Shown here one piece after another: positions 1-10,763 of a DNA stretch of 64,000 nucleotides. The stretch is from Epithemia pelagica (Eukaryota > Protista > Bacillariophyta). Within the stretch, counting starts at the first letter, position 1. Every line of letters begins with the position of its first letter. The stretch spans positions 4,898,001-4,962,000 of the forward strand of contig OX337229.1 in the NCBI GenBank assembly GCA_946965045.2, read 5' to 3'. The notes beneath the pieces are model-generated. The model was given only the letters and a program-made list of their open reading frames with translations, ran no database searches and was not told the DNA's origin. Position numbers and translations under genes: made by a program.

Positions 1-42
1 CGAGGAGAGCAGGAAGGATGATACGGCGACGGAAAACTTCAT
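1..42 (-). CDS. 5' end of a gene running off the window; signal-peptide-like N-terminus
   Basis: ATG at 42-40 in gaaaATG context reads MKFSVAVSSFLLSS. Divergent from the 276 gene. Only 14 codons are visible. Confidence 0.4.
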   Translation of the reverse strand, partial: MKFSVAVSSFLLSS

Positions 43-275
43 TTTCAAATTGATTGGTTTGTGGTGTGCGTGTTGCGTGGTCCTCGTCAGTTTACATTTT
101 TGGATTTTTTGAATCGGATTCTATTTTGTCAAAAAGAGACGTTTTTCTCCTTCTTGCTGTTTTCATCTGTACATTTTTAGGCAAAGTCCTACTTTGGGGG
201 TAATATAAACACAGTGCGACTGACCTGGTCGGATCTTTCTTTTTTCTGTGCTCTATCGACAAACCACGTACGACA

Positions 276-977
276 ATGACAGATATCAACGATAACAAGA
301 TGATGAGATTCTGGGCTTTCTCCATGGTATTTTGTTTTCTGTTGGAGACGGCTCAATGTTCCTTCGTCAATCCTTATTTACATGACAGGCATCTCGAGCG
401 ACCAACCATTCTGCGCCTGGGCAAGGACGTTGCTGTCGACCGAAGATCTTTTGGCATCCGAGTGTGCGAATTCCTTGGTACCGTCCAAGCCGTATCAGTT
501 TTGTCCCCCTTTCCAGCATCCGCGTATCCACAAGAAAATGAAGATAAAGAGAAGATCAAGAAGGGCTACGAGCGACTGAATTACCTGCTTGACAACTGGG
601 TTGCCGAGACCACGGTTTGTGGAAAGGGCGACGACAATCCGTATACAGGCACAAAAGGATGTGAACGAACTCCTTTGATTGTCATGGACTATCTTGGTTA
701 CAAAAGTACCAACGATCCATTGTTTAAAGCTGACAAGACGTTGAAACGACTAGCCGTTCTCGTTCCTACCGAAGATGGACCCACCTATCTAGATGCTATG
801 GAAAAATGGGTAGAAGCAGCGGAGGAAGCATCAGGAATGGCATATGTAAGCAGCTGGGGAGAGGCAAATCCCGGTGGTGGGAAGGATCGCGTGGAGCTCT
901 TCATCGAACGTGCCAAGAAGAATGTGATTGATGCTCGCGACAGCCTCGATACCGCAATACGAATTTTGGCTATTTGA
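276..977 (+). CDS. Putative plastid thylakoid-lumen protein of unknown function
   Basis: Signal peptide ending AQC-SF, RRSF twin-Arg-like motif, hydrophobic stretch ending PASA, then a helical domain with SWGEANPGGG. The true start may be the ATG at about 300. Confidence 0.6.
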   Translation: MTDINDNKMMRFWAFSMVFCFLLETAQCSFVNPYLHDRHLERPTILRLGKDVAVDRRSFGIRVCEFLGTVQAVSVLSPFPASAYPQENEDKEKIKKGYERLNYLLDNWVAETTVCGKGDDNPYTGTKGCERTPLIVMDYLGYKSTNDPLFKADKTLKRLAVLVPTEDGPTYLDAMEKWVEAAEEASGMAYVSSWGEANPGGGKDRVELFIERAKKNVIDARDSLDTAIRILAI

Positions 978-1357
978 AGAAAGCACGATGTTTTTATACC
1001 AGCTTGATTCAATAGCGATACATGTCGATAGAAACCAAAGATATCGATGGGAATGAAAAGGAGTGCGTCGTGATCATGATGGTCTTACCCCTTAGGTAGG
1101 TCAAGCAGGTTACTCCACTATTATGGTTTATGGTCTTCTCCTAGAGTTGCTAGCATGGATTGGGAACTGGGACTCCAAGGACAAATGAAGAATTTTGAAG
1201 TTTGCAGGGTTTGTGACCCACCCGATAAACTTGGGGGACGAGAAACTCAATGGGCAAGAGACAGAGAGACTCGTGATCCATTTTGATTCACCGAATTCCG
1301 ATCCCGCTTCGCTATCACAATGGGCCGGGTCTCCTCTTTCAAGTCTCTTGGACCGCG

Positions 1358-3360
1358 ATGATCGAATACGACGCAAGTTCCTTTGGATTCAGGCTGTTAT
1401 TCCGACTTCATGGTAGGTTACTTTACCTTTGATCTGGGAACTACAAACGACTTTCTCATTATGGCGTGCTTTTGCAATTGCCTGCTCAACTAAACTTGCG
1501 CTTTGTCTCACTGTCCGAAAGGTTCGGCCTTGTTCAAGAGTTTGGTACCAGCAGCAATATCAAGTTCGATCTTTTTTGCTTTGCACTACACGACACACTT
1601 GGAGACAGATGAACACCAAATAATTCATCACCCATACACGGTAAGAACCATATTTATTCACTACTCCATCCCTACTGGTTCCAACGTTTTTTAATATGTT
1701 CTCTGTCGGATCTTTGGCACATTCCTCCCACACAATCCCAATATATCCATATTCACTATAGATGGGTGCCCTCATTGCAAGTCTCGCCTTTTTGTTGTCG
1801 TACAGGGCGAACTTTAGCTACAATCGATATTGGGAAGCCTTCACTGCCATACACCAGATGCATTCTAAATGGCTTGATGTTGGTATGCAGCTCTCCGCGT
1901 TTCACATGCAATCTACAAAATACGATCATGTTCGACCTCCGGCGTTTGGTGAATATGCCGACTTGACCTACGCAGAAAGAGAAAGACAGCGATTGAATCA
2001 ACCAACTATGAAGGATTTGGAGGAAACGATTGATGAAATAGTGACGCATCAACATACAGACGAGACGATTCACCACCGTTCTCTCCGTCATCGTGTTCGG
2101 TTCATGTTTCAGAATTGGAATATTGGGAAAAGTCAATCCACTCTTTCTGTAGAAGCAGAAGAAAGGCAGGAATCCCATTTGCATGATGAAAGGTCGTCCC
2201 TGTCTCATGTCGAAAGGCGAGCAAACAAGGTCAACCCAAAACGCAAAACTCGGTCGAAACAAGAACGACCAAAATCGAACACGGCTGGAAGCCAGGTCAG
2301 CGAAGGCCCTGATCGTCGTATATCTATTCCCAAGAAATCGAGGTTTGGTTTTTCTGACAATGTAGGGCCAGAGAAGCACCTTGTCCATATCCGAACGAGC
2401 ACAGGTGGTTCCATCAAAGCACATCAAGAAGATCACCATCCGTTGTTATTGCAGGAAGGGGCGCATCTGGTGTCCCTCCTGTCGGCAGTGGCACTAGCTA
2501 CTCTGCGGGTTGACTCAGGAGAAGCGTTCTCTCCTTTGACTTCCTTTACGCCCGGTGCACCGTGGCCTCGTGTCGACCCTGACACTTATAGTGCGGAAGT
2601 TCGGAAGAATTGGACCAACTCGAAACACAAAACGTGGACCGTTTTAACCTATCTTATGGATGCCTCTCGAACTCCATCTTCGCAAGCTCTCTACAATGCA
2701 GCACGGCCATTTCGTGTGATTGGTGGAGTATCGGATGCCGAAATTGAGATGTTGCAAGCAGCGCGAGGACCCTATGCAAAAGTCACACTCTGCACATTAT
2801 GGCTTCAGGAATTCTGTAGTCGTGAGCATTTAAATGGGGGTCTGGGAAATATTGGGGCCCCAATCATTAGCCGTCTCTTTCAAGTTACGAGCGACGGGAT
2901 GCTGGGCTACAATCAAGCAAGAAAGATTGCTTGTATTCCTTTTCCCTTTCCACATGCTCAAATTACTGTTCTATTTGTGGTGGTGGTGGTTTGTTTAATG
3001 CCGATTCTCATGTTGTCATATGTTTCAAACCTTGTCTTTGGCTTTGTTTTGAACCTGTTAACGGTGATGAGTTTTACTGGGGTACACGCTGTTGCTCGAG
3101 AATTGGAAAACCCATTCCTGAACGTACCAAACGATATGCCACTCAATAGCTTCCAAGCACAATTTAACGAGGCACTGATGCAAATGTTTGCTGGGTTTCA
3201 TCCGGATGCATTCTGGGAAATTTGCATGGAAGTTGAAGATGAAAGTGGGGATGCTTTTGACAGAACAAGTTATCCGCCCACAAGAGGTCGATTGGAAAGA
3301 ATGAACGACGAGCAAGACGAACACGAGAATCTATTTGAAGAAATTCCCGTGGATTCCTGA
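1358..3360 (+). CDS. Bestrophin-like (UPF0187/VCCN-type) anion channel, copy 1, 3 exons
   Basis: Exons 1358-1412, 1522-1640, 1762-3360 with GT..AG introns. Motifs FSYNRYWE, ARKIA.IPFPFPHAQ, ARELENPF, DMPLNSFQAQFNEAL. Confidence 0.85.
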
Positions 3361-3656
3361 ATCGAGTTGTTCTGAGTGGGAATACAGACCTTTGATGGAA
3401 CGCCATGTTCCACGTTTCTCGCTGGACAATGATGGTAGAGTCAAGAAGAATGAATTCGGTCCAATCTGCCAGGGAGGGAGCCCCATTCTGTCATTGACAG
3501 TCCCTTCTCCCTCCAACGTGTGTCAGGGAAACGCATGTTTCAATGGACACGTAATTGTGATGGCGCCACTGTCTCGTTGCTGTGGACTGTAGTTCATTGT
3601 TGATTTTGACAACATACAAGGGCAATTCTATCTAACAAGGGCTATTGAATTATTTC

Positions 3657-4478
3657 TTAGTTTTTTGGCTCTATTTTGGGAGGCTCCAGCCATGATGGTA
3701 ATTCGTTCTTTTGTTTTGGTATATCACCTCGAAGCGGCGGGTCTTTGCCATCCGCGGGGTAGAATATCAATGCCGCTCCATCAATGCAAAACCGTTGGCC
3801 CGTTTTGGCTGCTTTTGTCCCAACAAAGAGGAAACCATCTTGAAAGACATCTCCTAAATGACCTCCACAAGTCTTGCACCGTAGTTCGGCGCCGGCAAAA
3901 TTTGCCATGAGAGGATTGATCTTTTCAATTTCGACTCCGGGTAAACCACGGGCAAAACTGGGCCAGCCGGTCCCACTGTTAAACTTGTCCTTGGAGTCAA
4001 AGAGCTCGGTTCCACAGCCTGCACATTGAAAGATTCCCGGTCGTTTCTCCGATTCCAGGATACTAAAGCCAGGACGTTCAGTGCCGCCGTTTCGCAGGAT
4101 GTCAAATTGAATAGGACTGAGCTGCTCTCGCCATTCGGCTTCTGATTTTTGGACTGTATAGGATCCACCAGTACGAGGAGCAGAGGAAGCCCACACCGGC
4201 CGAGAAATCAATACGAGACCCGCCAGGCCCACGAATCCAGATGTCGCTTGAGCCACGTTTTTGGTCCATAGAATCCGTCTGTTTCGATCCTCGATATCAT
4301 TTTCCTGCATGGACTGGATGATTCCATGAGAGAATCGTCGATTTCCTCCCACCACTGGCCGCTCCACAACCACAAACCCAGACGTATATCCGACCAAGAA
4401 ACAGGTAGCCAGAACTATACCGATAGTATAAGCGGACGATCTTCTCGTCGTCAGCGATCCACAAGGAGGAGCAATCAT
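3657..4478 (-). CDS. msrB: Peptide-methionine (R)-S-oxide reductase MsrB, probably organelle-targeted
   Basis: EWREQLSP.QF.ILR.GGTERP, two CxxC (CAGC, CKTC), KFNSGTGWPSF, GGHLGDVF.DG, RFCIDG. Start placed at the ATG at 4478 because the longer ORF overlaps the rsmH gene. Confidence 0.9.
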   Translation of the reverse strand: MIAPPCGSLTTRRSSAYTIGIVLATCFLVGYTSGFVVVERPVVGGNRRFSHGIIQSMQENDIEDRNRRILWTKNVAQATSGFVGLAGLVLISRPVWASSAPRTGGSYTVQKSEAEWREQLSPIQFDILRNGGTERPGFSILESEKRPGIFQCAGCGTELFDSKDKFNSGTGWPSFARGLPGVEIEKINPLMANFAGAELRCKTCGGHLGDVFQDGFLFVGTKAAKTGQRFCIDGAALIFYPADGKDPPLRGDIPKQKNELPSWLEPPKIEPKN

Positions 4479-4647
4479 TGTCTTCTTTGTCCCTTTTTCG
4501 GATCTTTTCCCCAAAAGATACGTACGGACTGAGGACCCCACAAGGTCATCGCGAGCCGGACCTCGTCCAGCGCGTGATTTAGTCTTGATCCCGTTTGGAT
4601 CCTTGGTATCCAGAGTATCCTGACCAACGAACTTCTGATCAAACACC

Positions 4648-5943
4648 ATGGTGATTCTTGAACCGTCATCCACTGCTTTTGCGCTCGGTATGCTGTCGAG
4701 AAGAGCATCGGGGTCGTTTGCGTCTTTCATTCGGTCTAGTCATGCGATTGGTCGAAGAACAAGTTGCGTTTCACGATGGTTTAGTAGCTCACCAGAACTC
4801 GAAGCCGACAATCATGAAGCTATCACTGCCGCCTCAGTCTCTTCTGCTGCTGTACCCATTCCAGCAGAGAGACGAGACTACGAGACGACTTTTCATGCAC
4901 CGGTCATGTGGAAAGAGTGTATTACGGCGTTATTGGATAGCAATGGATTTAGTTCCAGACTGGCGTCGGATACAAACAACAAGTCCACAACAACAACGAA
5001 ACCTGTGGTGTTTGTGGATGGTACATTGGGTGGAGGAGGTCACACCATGGCGCTGTTAGAACATTTGACTGCGGGAGATATTGTCATTGGATGCGATCGA
5101 GATGCTTCTGCCATAGAAACGGCGTCGGAGCGTCTTTCGGATTATCTGGGTTCCCAATCAGAAAATTTGCCTCTCTTTGTTCCAGTGCAAGGCAATTTCT
5201 GTGACCTTTCCTCCTTGTTGCCAAACGTACTCAACCCCATTACCAAAACTCCCATTCTAGGATCCTCTGGTCATGTTGACGGCATCCTACTGGATCTCGG
5301 CGTTAGTTCACACCAGATTGATAATGCTGCAAGGGGATTTGCCTTTATGAGGGACGGACCGTTGGATATGAGAATGTCCAACTCGAGCAGCTCTTTCACA
5401 GCGGCCGATATATGCAACGAATTTGATGTAGACGAGCTTAGCAAAATCTTGAGGGATTATGGAGATGAAAAACGCGCTCGTGCCATTGCCAAATCCATTG
5501 TCAAGCACCGACCCATGAAAACGACCAACGACCTTGTCTCGGCCGTGGCAGACGTGACACCGGAATTTTCCAAACATTCTCGACGCATGGGGAGAAATCC
5601 GACGCTCGCGCGAATCTTTCAAAGTATTCGCATTGTGGTCAATGAAGAAGATAAGAGTCTGTCCAAGGCATTGATGGAAATGTGTCCCACCTTGATTCGA
5701 CCTGGTGGACGATTGGTCGTGTTGAGTTATCACAGTATGGAAGATCGAGCCACCAAACGAGTCATGCGGGATGGCAACGTGGAACTACAAGTCAAGGAAA
5801 AGGACATTTATGGGAACGTGATTGGAGATCCAATGCCGTTTAAACCAGTAGGGAAACCGACCAAGGCCTCGGAAGAGGAGGTTTTGCGGAATCCACGAGC
5901 AAGGAGTGCCACACTTCGCGTTGCGGAGCGGCTTAAAAGCTAG
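4648..5943 (+). CDS. rsmH: rRNA m4C methyltransferase RsmH/MraW (METTL15-like) with organellar presequence
   Basis: HAPVM, DGTLGGGGH, DLGVSSHQID, GF.F..DGPLDMRM, SYHSMEDR, NPRARSATLRV. Confidence 0.93.
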   Translation: MVILEPSSTAFALGMLSRRASGSFASFIRSSHAIGRRTSCVSRWFSSSPELEADNHEAITAASVSSAAVPIPAERRDYETTFHAPVMWKECITALLDSNGFSSRLASDTNNKSTTTTKPVVFVDGTLGGGGHTMALLEHLTAGDIVIGCDRDASAIETASERLSDYLGSQSENLPLFVPVQGNFCDLSSLLPNVLNPITKTPILGSSGHVDGILLDLGVSSHQIDNAARGFAFMRDGPLDMRMSNSSSSFTAADICNEFDVDELSKILRDYGDEKRARAIAKSIVKHRPMKTTNDLVSAVADVTPEFSKHSRRMGRNPTLARIFQSIRIVVNEEDKSLSKALMEMCPTLIRPGGRLVVLSYHSMEDRATKRVMRDGNVELQVKEKDIYGNVIGDPMPFKPVGKPTKASEEEVLRNPRARSATLRVAERLKS

Positions 5944-6282
5944 ATACATACAGGCATATTTTTGCGAGAATCCATTCGGCCATGCTCTGTCCTTATCACC
6001 ATGTCTACTACCAGAGAGATTGATCGAATCAGCAAACGAAGTAGACTCTGTTGCACGAAACTTGTCTGTAAATATTGATATTAACACGTTCTAGATGTGC
6101 AATCATAGATGCAGATGTGTCTTTCTATGGCATTCATACATAGTGATCGAAGGGGAAAAGTTGTCCGTCTCCAGCCTGTTACCACTCCTACTGCTCCTAT
6201 CGTTATGTTGTGGAGGAATGAACCATTGTCTCTACTTTACAATGTAAGCAATGTCTAATGAATCTTGGTGTTGGAGCAAACA

Positions 6283-8589
6283 TTAGGCCGGTTTCCGAAA
6301 GCCAATAATGAATCGTGAAGTTTTCTGAGCGTAGTTACTAGCCCCCGTTCTCCACAAACGGTCAAAGTAGCTGCTTCCTGCACAAGAAGAAGTTTGCTCC
6401 ACCACATGACCAATGATCTCGTTTGGCTGGCCTTCAAACATTTTGATATTGTTGCGGAACGACTCCACGACCTGGAATCCGTGTTTTGATAGGAGAGTTG
6501 TATCAAGTGGACGCATTGATTTGTCTTGCAGCGACAAGCGAACCAAAGTCACACATAAAAGTCGAGCGTACCACTTATTGTCTGTTACAATGATTGCCTG
6601 TCCTCCACGACGCAAGCGCGCAAACACAGTCTTCAAATTCGCAAAGCATAGCATGTGTGCAGGTTCATCCTCTCCTGACTCCACCTTGTCCAGATCAAAT
6701 CGATCATCGCCATAAGTTTGTGTTGGAGGTTCTGGGAAGTTAACAAAGAACGTAGAAACAGTCCCCTTTCTTAATCTTGATCGGAGAAAGCTTCCTGCTT
6801 CAGCGCCCACGACACACAGATTACCCAAAGGCTCTTTGCATTTCAGCGTCCCCTTGGCAAATATCTGGTGGACACGATCGGCCCTGAGCTCTACAGCAAT
6901 GTAATTTCGCTTGCGATGATGATCGGCTTGTCGGACAATCCAATCACCAAACCCCGCACCCAGTTCCACATCTAGAGGATTGGAGGCGTCATTTCCGAAA
7001 ATAATCGATGGCTTTAGCCTTTGAGAGGAGTCGAAACAATCTTTGAACGACTTTTCTACAGAACTTGGAGGTGTACCACGGTCAACGTTCTCCTTCAATC
7101 GCCGATGCACCTCGCACAAACCAAAGCTTATCCAATTCGGCAAAACAGAAGGTTGCCTTGGCGAAGAAGCTGATTTGTCTGACTCATTCGCAGAGAGATC
7201 CGTCGTGCCTCCACCACCAAAGTAGAACAGTTTCGTATTGATGCGGGAGTGCAGGTCATCCAAAGAGAAGGAGGATTGAGCAGTTCGATCTTTTCTAATT
7301 TTCAAGAGAGCTTTTGCTTCAAGCTCCATTTCTTTCAAGCGGTGCTCTCGGTACTTGAGATTTGAAACCATTCGACTTTCGGAATCTCCTTCGGTAGGAT
7401 CAAGATCCTTCTTCCCGCGCTTCCCGCCTGACCAAGTCCGTTTGCGATTCTTGCCTGTGCTTCCTTGAACGTCATCATGAGTGGTGTCTTTTCCTGTGAG
7501 CAGAGACCGTGATGCCTCTATCCCATGAAGCGATCTCTGGCACGCACTCCAAACACCATCCCAGTTTCCGAGTAAGGCATGCGCTCGAGACAGAGACAAG
7601 TAGATAGAAGCGAACGTCTCAAAAACGCTCTGGTCGGGATTTTCCACCTTTATGGATGCCTTTCCCTTGATTCGAATGGAGTTTTGCTGTTGGAATTCCT
7701 CAATACGTGCTTGAGCCTCTTCAACACGGAGGGACTGACAAAGAATCGAAACCGTGGCTTCATAGGACGATGAATCCGGAGGCGACTGTTCGCTGCAATG
7801 CTTTTGATACATCGTCCATGCCTCCTCGCTACTGACAATACCACCTGCAATGGTTGATTTCCGTGATTCGCCGCCTCCATCATCCAAAGAAGACATGGAT
7901 GCAGTCCAGAGCGCTCCCCGAAGAAGTGTATTGAGGGTACGAACATTGGGACGACCATTCAACAAAGGTCGATCTCGTCTTGGTGTCGTTGGAAACAGAG
8001 AGCGGTATCTCTGCATGGCTTTGCCCATGTCACCAGCGTGTGAAAAGCCTTTTATCAATGCAGTTTGTAGCTCTATGCTACTTGACATATCACTAGATAT
8101 GCCTCCCAGAATACTTTCTGCCTTCGATACATCCCCACATCTTGCACAGCAATCAACAACGATACAGGCATGATGTGCATCACGGATGTTTTTGTCTGTG
8201 TCCCAAAACAACTTAATAGCCTGGGACAGTTTCTTCCGCCTAGAGAGTTCTTTAAGGCGTTGTGAGAGTTCCAACGCTTCAGCAGATGGACCTGCCCTTT
8301 TCTGTGCTTTGGGGCTAGGGCGAGAAGCCTGGTCATTGCGTCGACGCTTGCGGCCCTCCCTCTTGGAGCTTTCAGGCTTGACTCTTTCTGTCGCCGTAGC
8401 TTTTCCAGATTTTGAAACGAAATCTGGCTTTGAATCTGAAACAGGAGGCTTGTCAGCACGGAAAGACCGGGCCTTCGTCTTCTTTGTGTTTGTAGTCTGT
8501 GAGGCCGAATCTCTGGAAGTAGCATTTATAGTTTCTTCACCAAGACTATGGCCCTCTGAAAGTTTCTCAAAATATTTCGAGAAGACCAT
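6283..8589 (-). CDS. PPR-repeat protein fused to a C-terminal TrmB-like (tRNA m7G46) SAM methyltransferase
   Basis: PPR-like repeats (ACIVVDCCARCGDVSKA, TALIKGFSHAGDMGKA, PNVRTLNTLLRG, PDSSSYEATVSILCQ). C-terminal LDVELGAGFGDW, YIAVELRADR, VNFPEP, TDNKWY. Confidence 0.75.
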   Translation of the reverse strand: MVFSKYFEKLSEGHSLGEETINATSRDSASQTTNTKKTKARSFRADKPPVSDSKPDFVSKSGKATATERVKPESSKREGRKRRRNDQASRPSPKAQKRAGPSAEALELSQRLKELSRRKKLSQAIKLFWDTDKNIRDAHHACIVVDCCARCGDVSKAESILGGISSDMSSSIELQTALIKGFSHAGDMGKAMQRYRSLFPTTPRRDRPLLNGRPNVRTLNTLLRGALWTASMSSLDDGGGESRKSTIAGGIVSSEEAWTMYQKHCSEQSPPDSSSYEATVSILCQSLRVEEAQARIEEFQQQNSIRIKGKASIKVENPDQSVFETFASIYLSLSRAHALLGNWDGVWSACQRSLHGIEASRSLLTGKDTTHDDVQGSTGKNRKRTWSGGKRGKKDLDPTEGDSESRMVSNLKYREHRLKEMELEAKALLKIRKDRTAQSSFSLDDLHSRINTKLFYFGGGGTTDLSANESDKSASSPRQPSVLPNWISFGLCEVHRRLKENVDRGTPPSSVEKSFKDCFDSSQRLKPSIIFGNDASNPLDVELGAGFGDWIVRQADHHRKRNYIAVELRADRVHQIFAKGTLKCKEPLGNLCVVGAEAGSFLRSRLRKGTVSTFFVNFPEPPTQTYGDDRFDLDKVESGEDEPAHMLCFANLKTVFARLRRGGQAIIVTDNKWYARLLCVTLVRLSLQDKSMRPLDTTLLSKHGFQVVESFRNNIKMFEGQPNEIIGHVVEQTSSCAGSSYFDRLWRTGASNYAQKTSRFIIGFRKPA

Positions 8590-9089
8590 CCTTTCTTATC
8601 CTTTTGAAGGAAGACAAAGACGTCTCATGCTTATTGCTACAAAAGAGATTTCTGTTGTGATGATACCTCCATTAGTTGTGATGGATGGATGTAAGGATAT
8701 GGCATCGCAGTTGGATGCCATGAGGGGAAACGGAAGCAAATTTGCTATGCCTACTATCACGATGGTCTGGAAGGAGACCCGCCCTTAGGTACATTAGGTA
8801 GGAGAAGTGCTACGCCTACCTAGATCCTACATATCTAGGTAGAGCAGTAGTGCTTACTCCTCGGACTTACCTTGGAAGATGCATGTCATCGTCATTTAAC
8901 AAGTGTCGTCTAAACGATTCGAGACGCACGCGGAGTTCAATAGCTCAGGGGTGGCTCGCAAGCGAAAATGGAAGAAGTGGAAAAGATTGAGTACTAGTTC
9001 TGCCATGAAGATAGAAGCTACGAGTACCAGTAATTAACAATCCCGTCAGTTTGCTTGTAGAAACATGACATTTCCAGAAAACACGCATC

Positions 9090-10763
9090 CTATTTGGACA
9101 CTTCATCGTCGTCATCACGAGCTGACACAATGGTCCAATGAGCATCAGGATGATATCCCGCGTACATGGTGACCAAGGCTTCGTTTATTTGTGCTTGGAA
9201 AGTCGTCAGTGGTAGATCATTGGGTATGTTGTGAAAAGGGTTTTCCAATTCTCTCGCTACTTCATGCAATCCCAAGAAACACAAGACCGTCAGGGTGTTC
9301 ATGAAACAGGCAAACCATAGTTCATTGACGTAGGATTGAAAGAGGATTGGGAAAATGAAGAGGATCGTAAAACTGAAAACAGCTGTCATTTGTCCATGTG
9401 GGAATGGGAAGGGAATATAGGCAATCTTACGAGCTTGATTGTACCCGACACATCCATCACTGGCGTACTGATACAGACGAGATAGGAGAGCATGGTGCAT
9501 TTTCCCCACACTCCCATGTAACATTTCTCGAGATATAAATTCTTGTAGCCAAAGAGTACACAAGGCAACCTTGGCATACGGTCCCCGGGCTCGATTCAAT
9601 TTCTGAACTTCCTCGTCTGAGATCCGCCCTAAAACGGTAAAGGGTCGCGCGGCATTGTACAAGGCTCGATGCCGTTCACTCCTCGTCAGCCCAAACATAA
9701 AATAAACGGCTTGCCAAAACTTTTGATCACCACCGTATTGTTGTTGCAAATCTTTCGAAAGCGCATCTGGGTCAACGGGTGGCCAAGGCTTACCAGGAAT
9801 GTATTCGACAATAGGGGCTTCAAAGCCTTCAATGTGATTCCGTAATGTGGACATGGCCACACCTGTCAAGAGTGACACTAAATGAGCCAACTCCTGAAAG
9901 AACAAGGATGGTGCTGGCATTTCGACATGTCGCGATTGCAAAACGCTTTTTCGTCGCTCCGATAGCGTCATGGTTGGCGGCGTAACAGGTATGGAGGGAG
10001 TTGTTGAAGACGTCGAGGAAGAGAGTGTGGTGTGGGTTTTGTTGCCTCCATTTTTGGCCTGTGCCATACTGGTGGCAGCAGATGCTTGCTGAAAACGCTC
10101 TTGAAATCGGAGGGGAATGGGAATACGGCTACTTTCGTCACCACTCTCATGACCGGAAGCTGAGCGATTAATGTATTTGGCCACCACTTTGGTATTGGTG
10201 TTAATGTCATAGCGAATATCATCCGTATGGTTTTGATTCAGATGATTTTTGTTTCGCCGACGCAATCCAAATATACCTCTTGTTTTTCGTTCTTGTTGCT
10301 CTTGTTCCTGCAAATTTTGTACATGATCGGCGGTTTGTTCCAAGGTTGGAATATTGTTTTGCACACGTTGTCGTTGCAAGTCAACGGCCACAGCAGCGGG
10401 ATGATTGCCAAATGATGGGGGTTGAACTTCCTTGAAGGAATCAGCTTGATAATGAAAGGCTGCCAAGAGCATGGCCAGATCCGTCCATTTCGACATCATT
10501 TGGTGGACTGCCGTGGCGCCTTCCCAATACCGAGAATAGGCAAAGTTCAATCGAAAGGTTAACAAAAAGGAGAAGAATCCGACAAAGGCCCCAATGGCGT
10601 AGGGGTGCTCGACGGTCCGTTCATCATCGTTCTCTCGTAAAAAATCCAACAAAACCAAAAACGCGGTACTCATCAATGTTGGGAATACAACCTTGTAGAC
10701 TGGAGATCCATGCACTCGTAGTAGATTGCGGAAGCCAAACGATGAATTTTCGTACTGAATCAT
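9090..10763 (-). CDS. Bestrophin-like (UPF0187) anion channel, copy 2, intronless
   Basis: MIQYENSSFGF start homologous to exon 1 of copies 1 and 3. Motifs FAYSRYWE, ARKIAYIPFPFPH, ARELENPF, DLPLTTFQAQINEAL. Confidence 0.88.
   Translation of the reverse strand: MIQYENSSFGFRNLLRVHGSPVYKVVFPTLMSTAFLVLLDFLRENDDERTVEHPYAIGAFVGFFSFLLTFRLNFAYSRYWEGATAVHQMMSKWTDLAMLLAAFHYQADSFKEVQPPSFGNHPAAVAVDLQRQRVQNNIPTLEQTADHVQNLQEQEQQERKTRGIFGLRRRNKNHLNQNHTDDIRYDINTNTKVVAKYINRSASGHESGDESSRIPIPLRFQERFQQASAATSMAQAKNGGNKTHTTLSSSTSSTTPSIPVTPPTMTLSERRKSVLQSRHVEMPAPSLFFQELAHLVSLLTGVAMSTLRNHIEGFEAPIVEYIPGKPWPPVDPDALSKDLQQQYGGDQKFWQAVYFMFGLTRSERHRALYNAARPFTVLGRISDEEVQKLNRARGPYAKVALCTLWLQEFISREMLHGSVGKMHHALLSRLYQYASDGCVGYNQARKIAYIPFPFPHGQMTAVFSFTILFIFPILFQSYVNELWFACFMNTLTVLCFLGLHEVARELENPFHNIPNDLPLTTFQAQINEALVTMYAGYHPDAHWTIVSARDDDDEVSK

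Noticed and set aside
3335-3592. 85-aa ORF overlapping the stop of bestrophin copy 1
   Set aside because: No similarity to the C-termini of copies 2 and 3 and no clear splice link; probably 3' UTR.
4479-4730. N-terminal extension of the 357-aa MsrB ORF
   Set aside because: It overlaps the start of rsmH on the opposite strand; the ATG at 4478 gives a plausible presequence.
8186-8788. 200-aa plus-strand ORF
   Set aside because: Antisense shadow of the PPR-TrmB gene.
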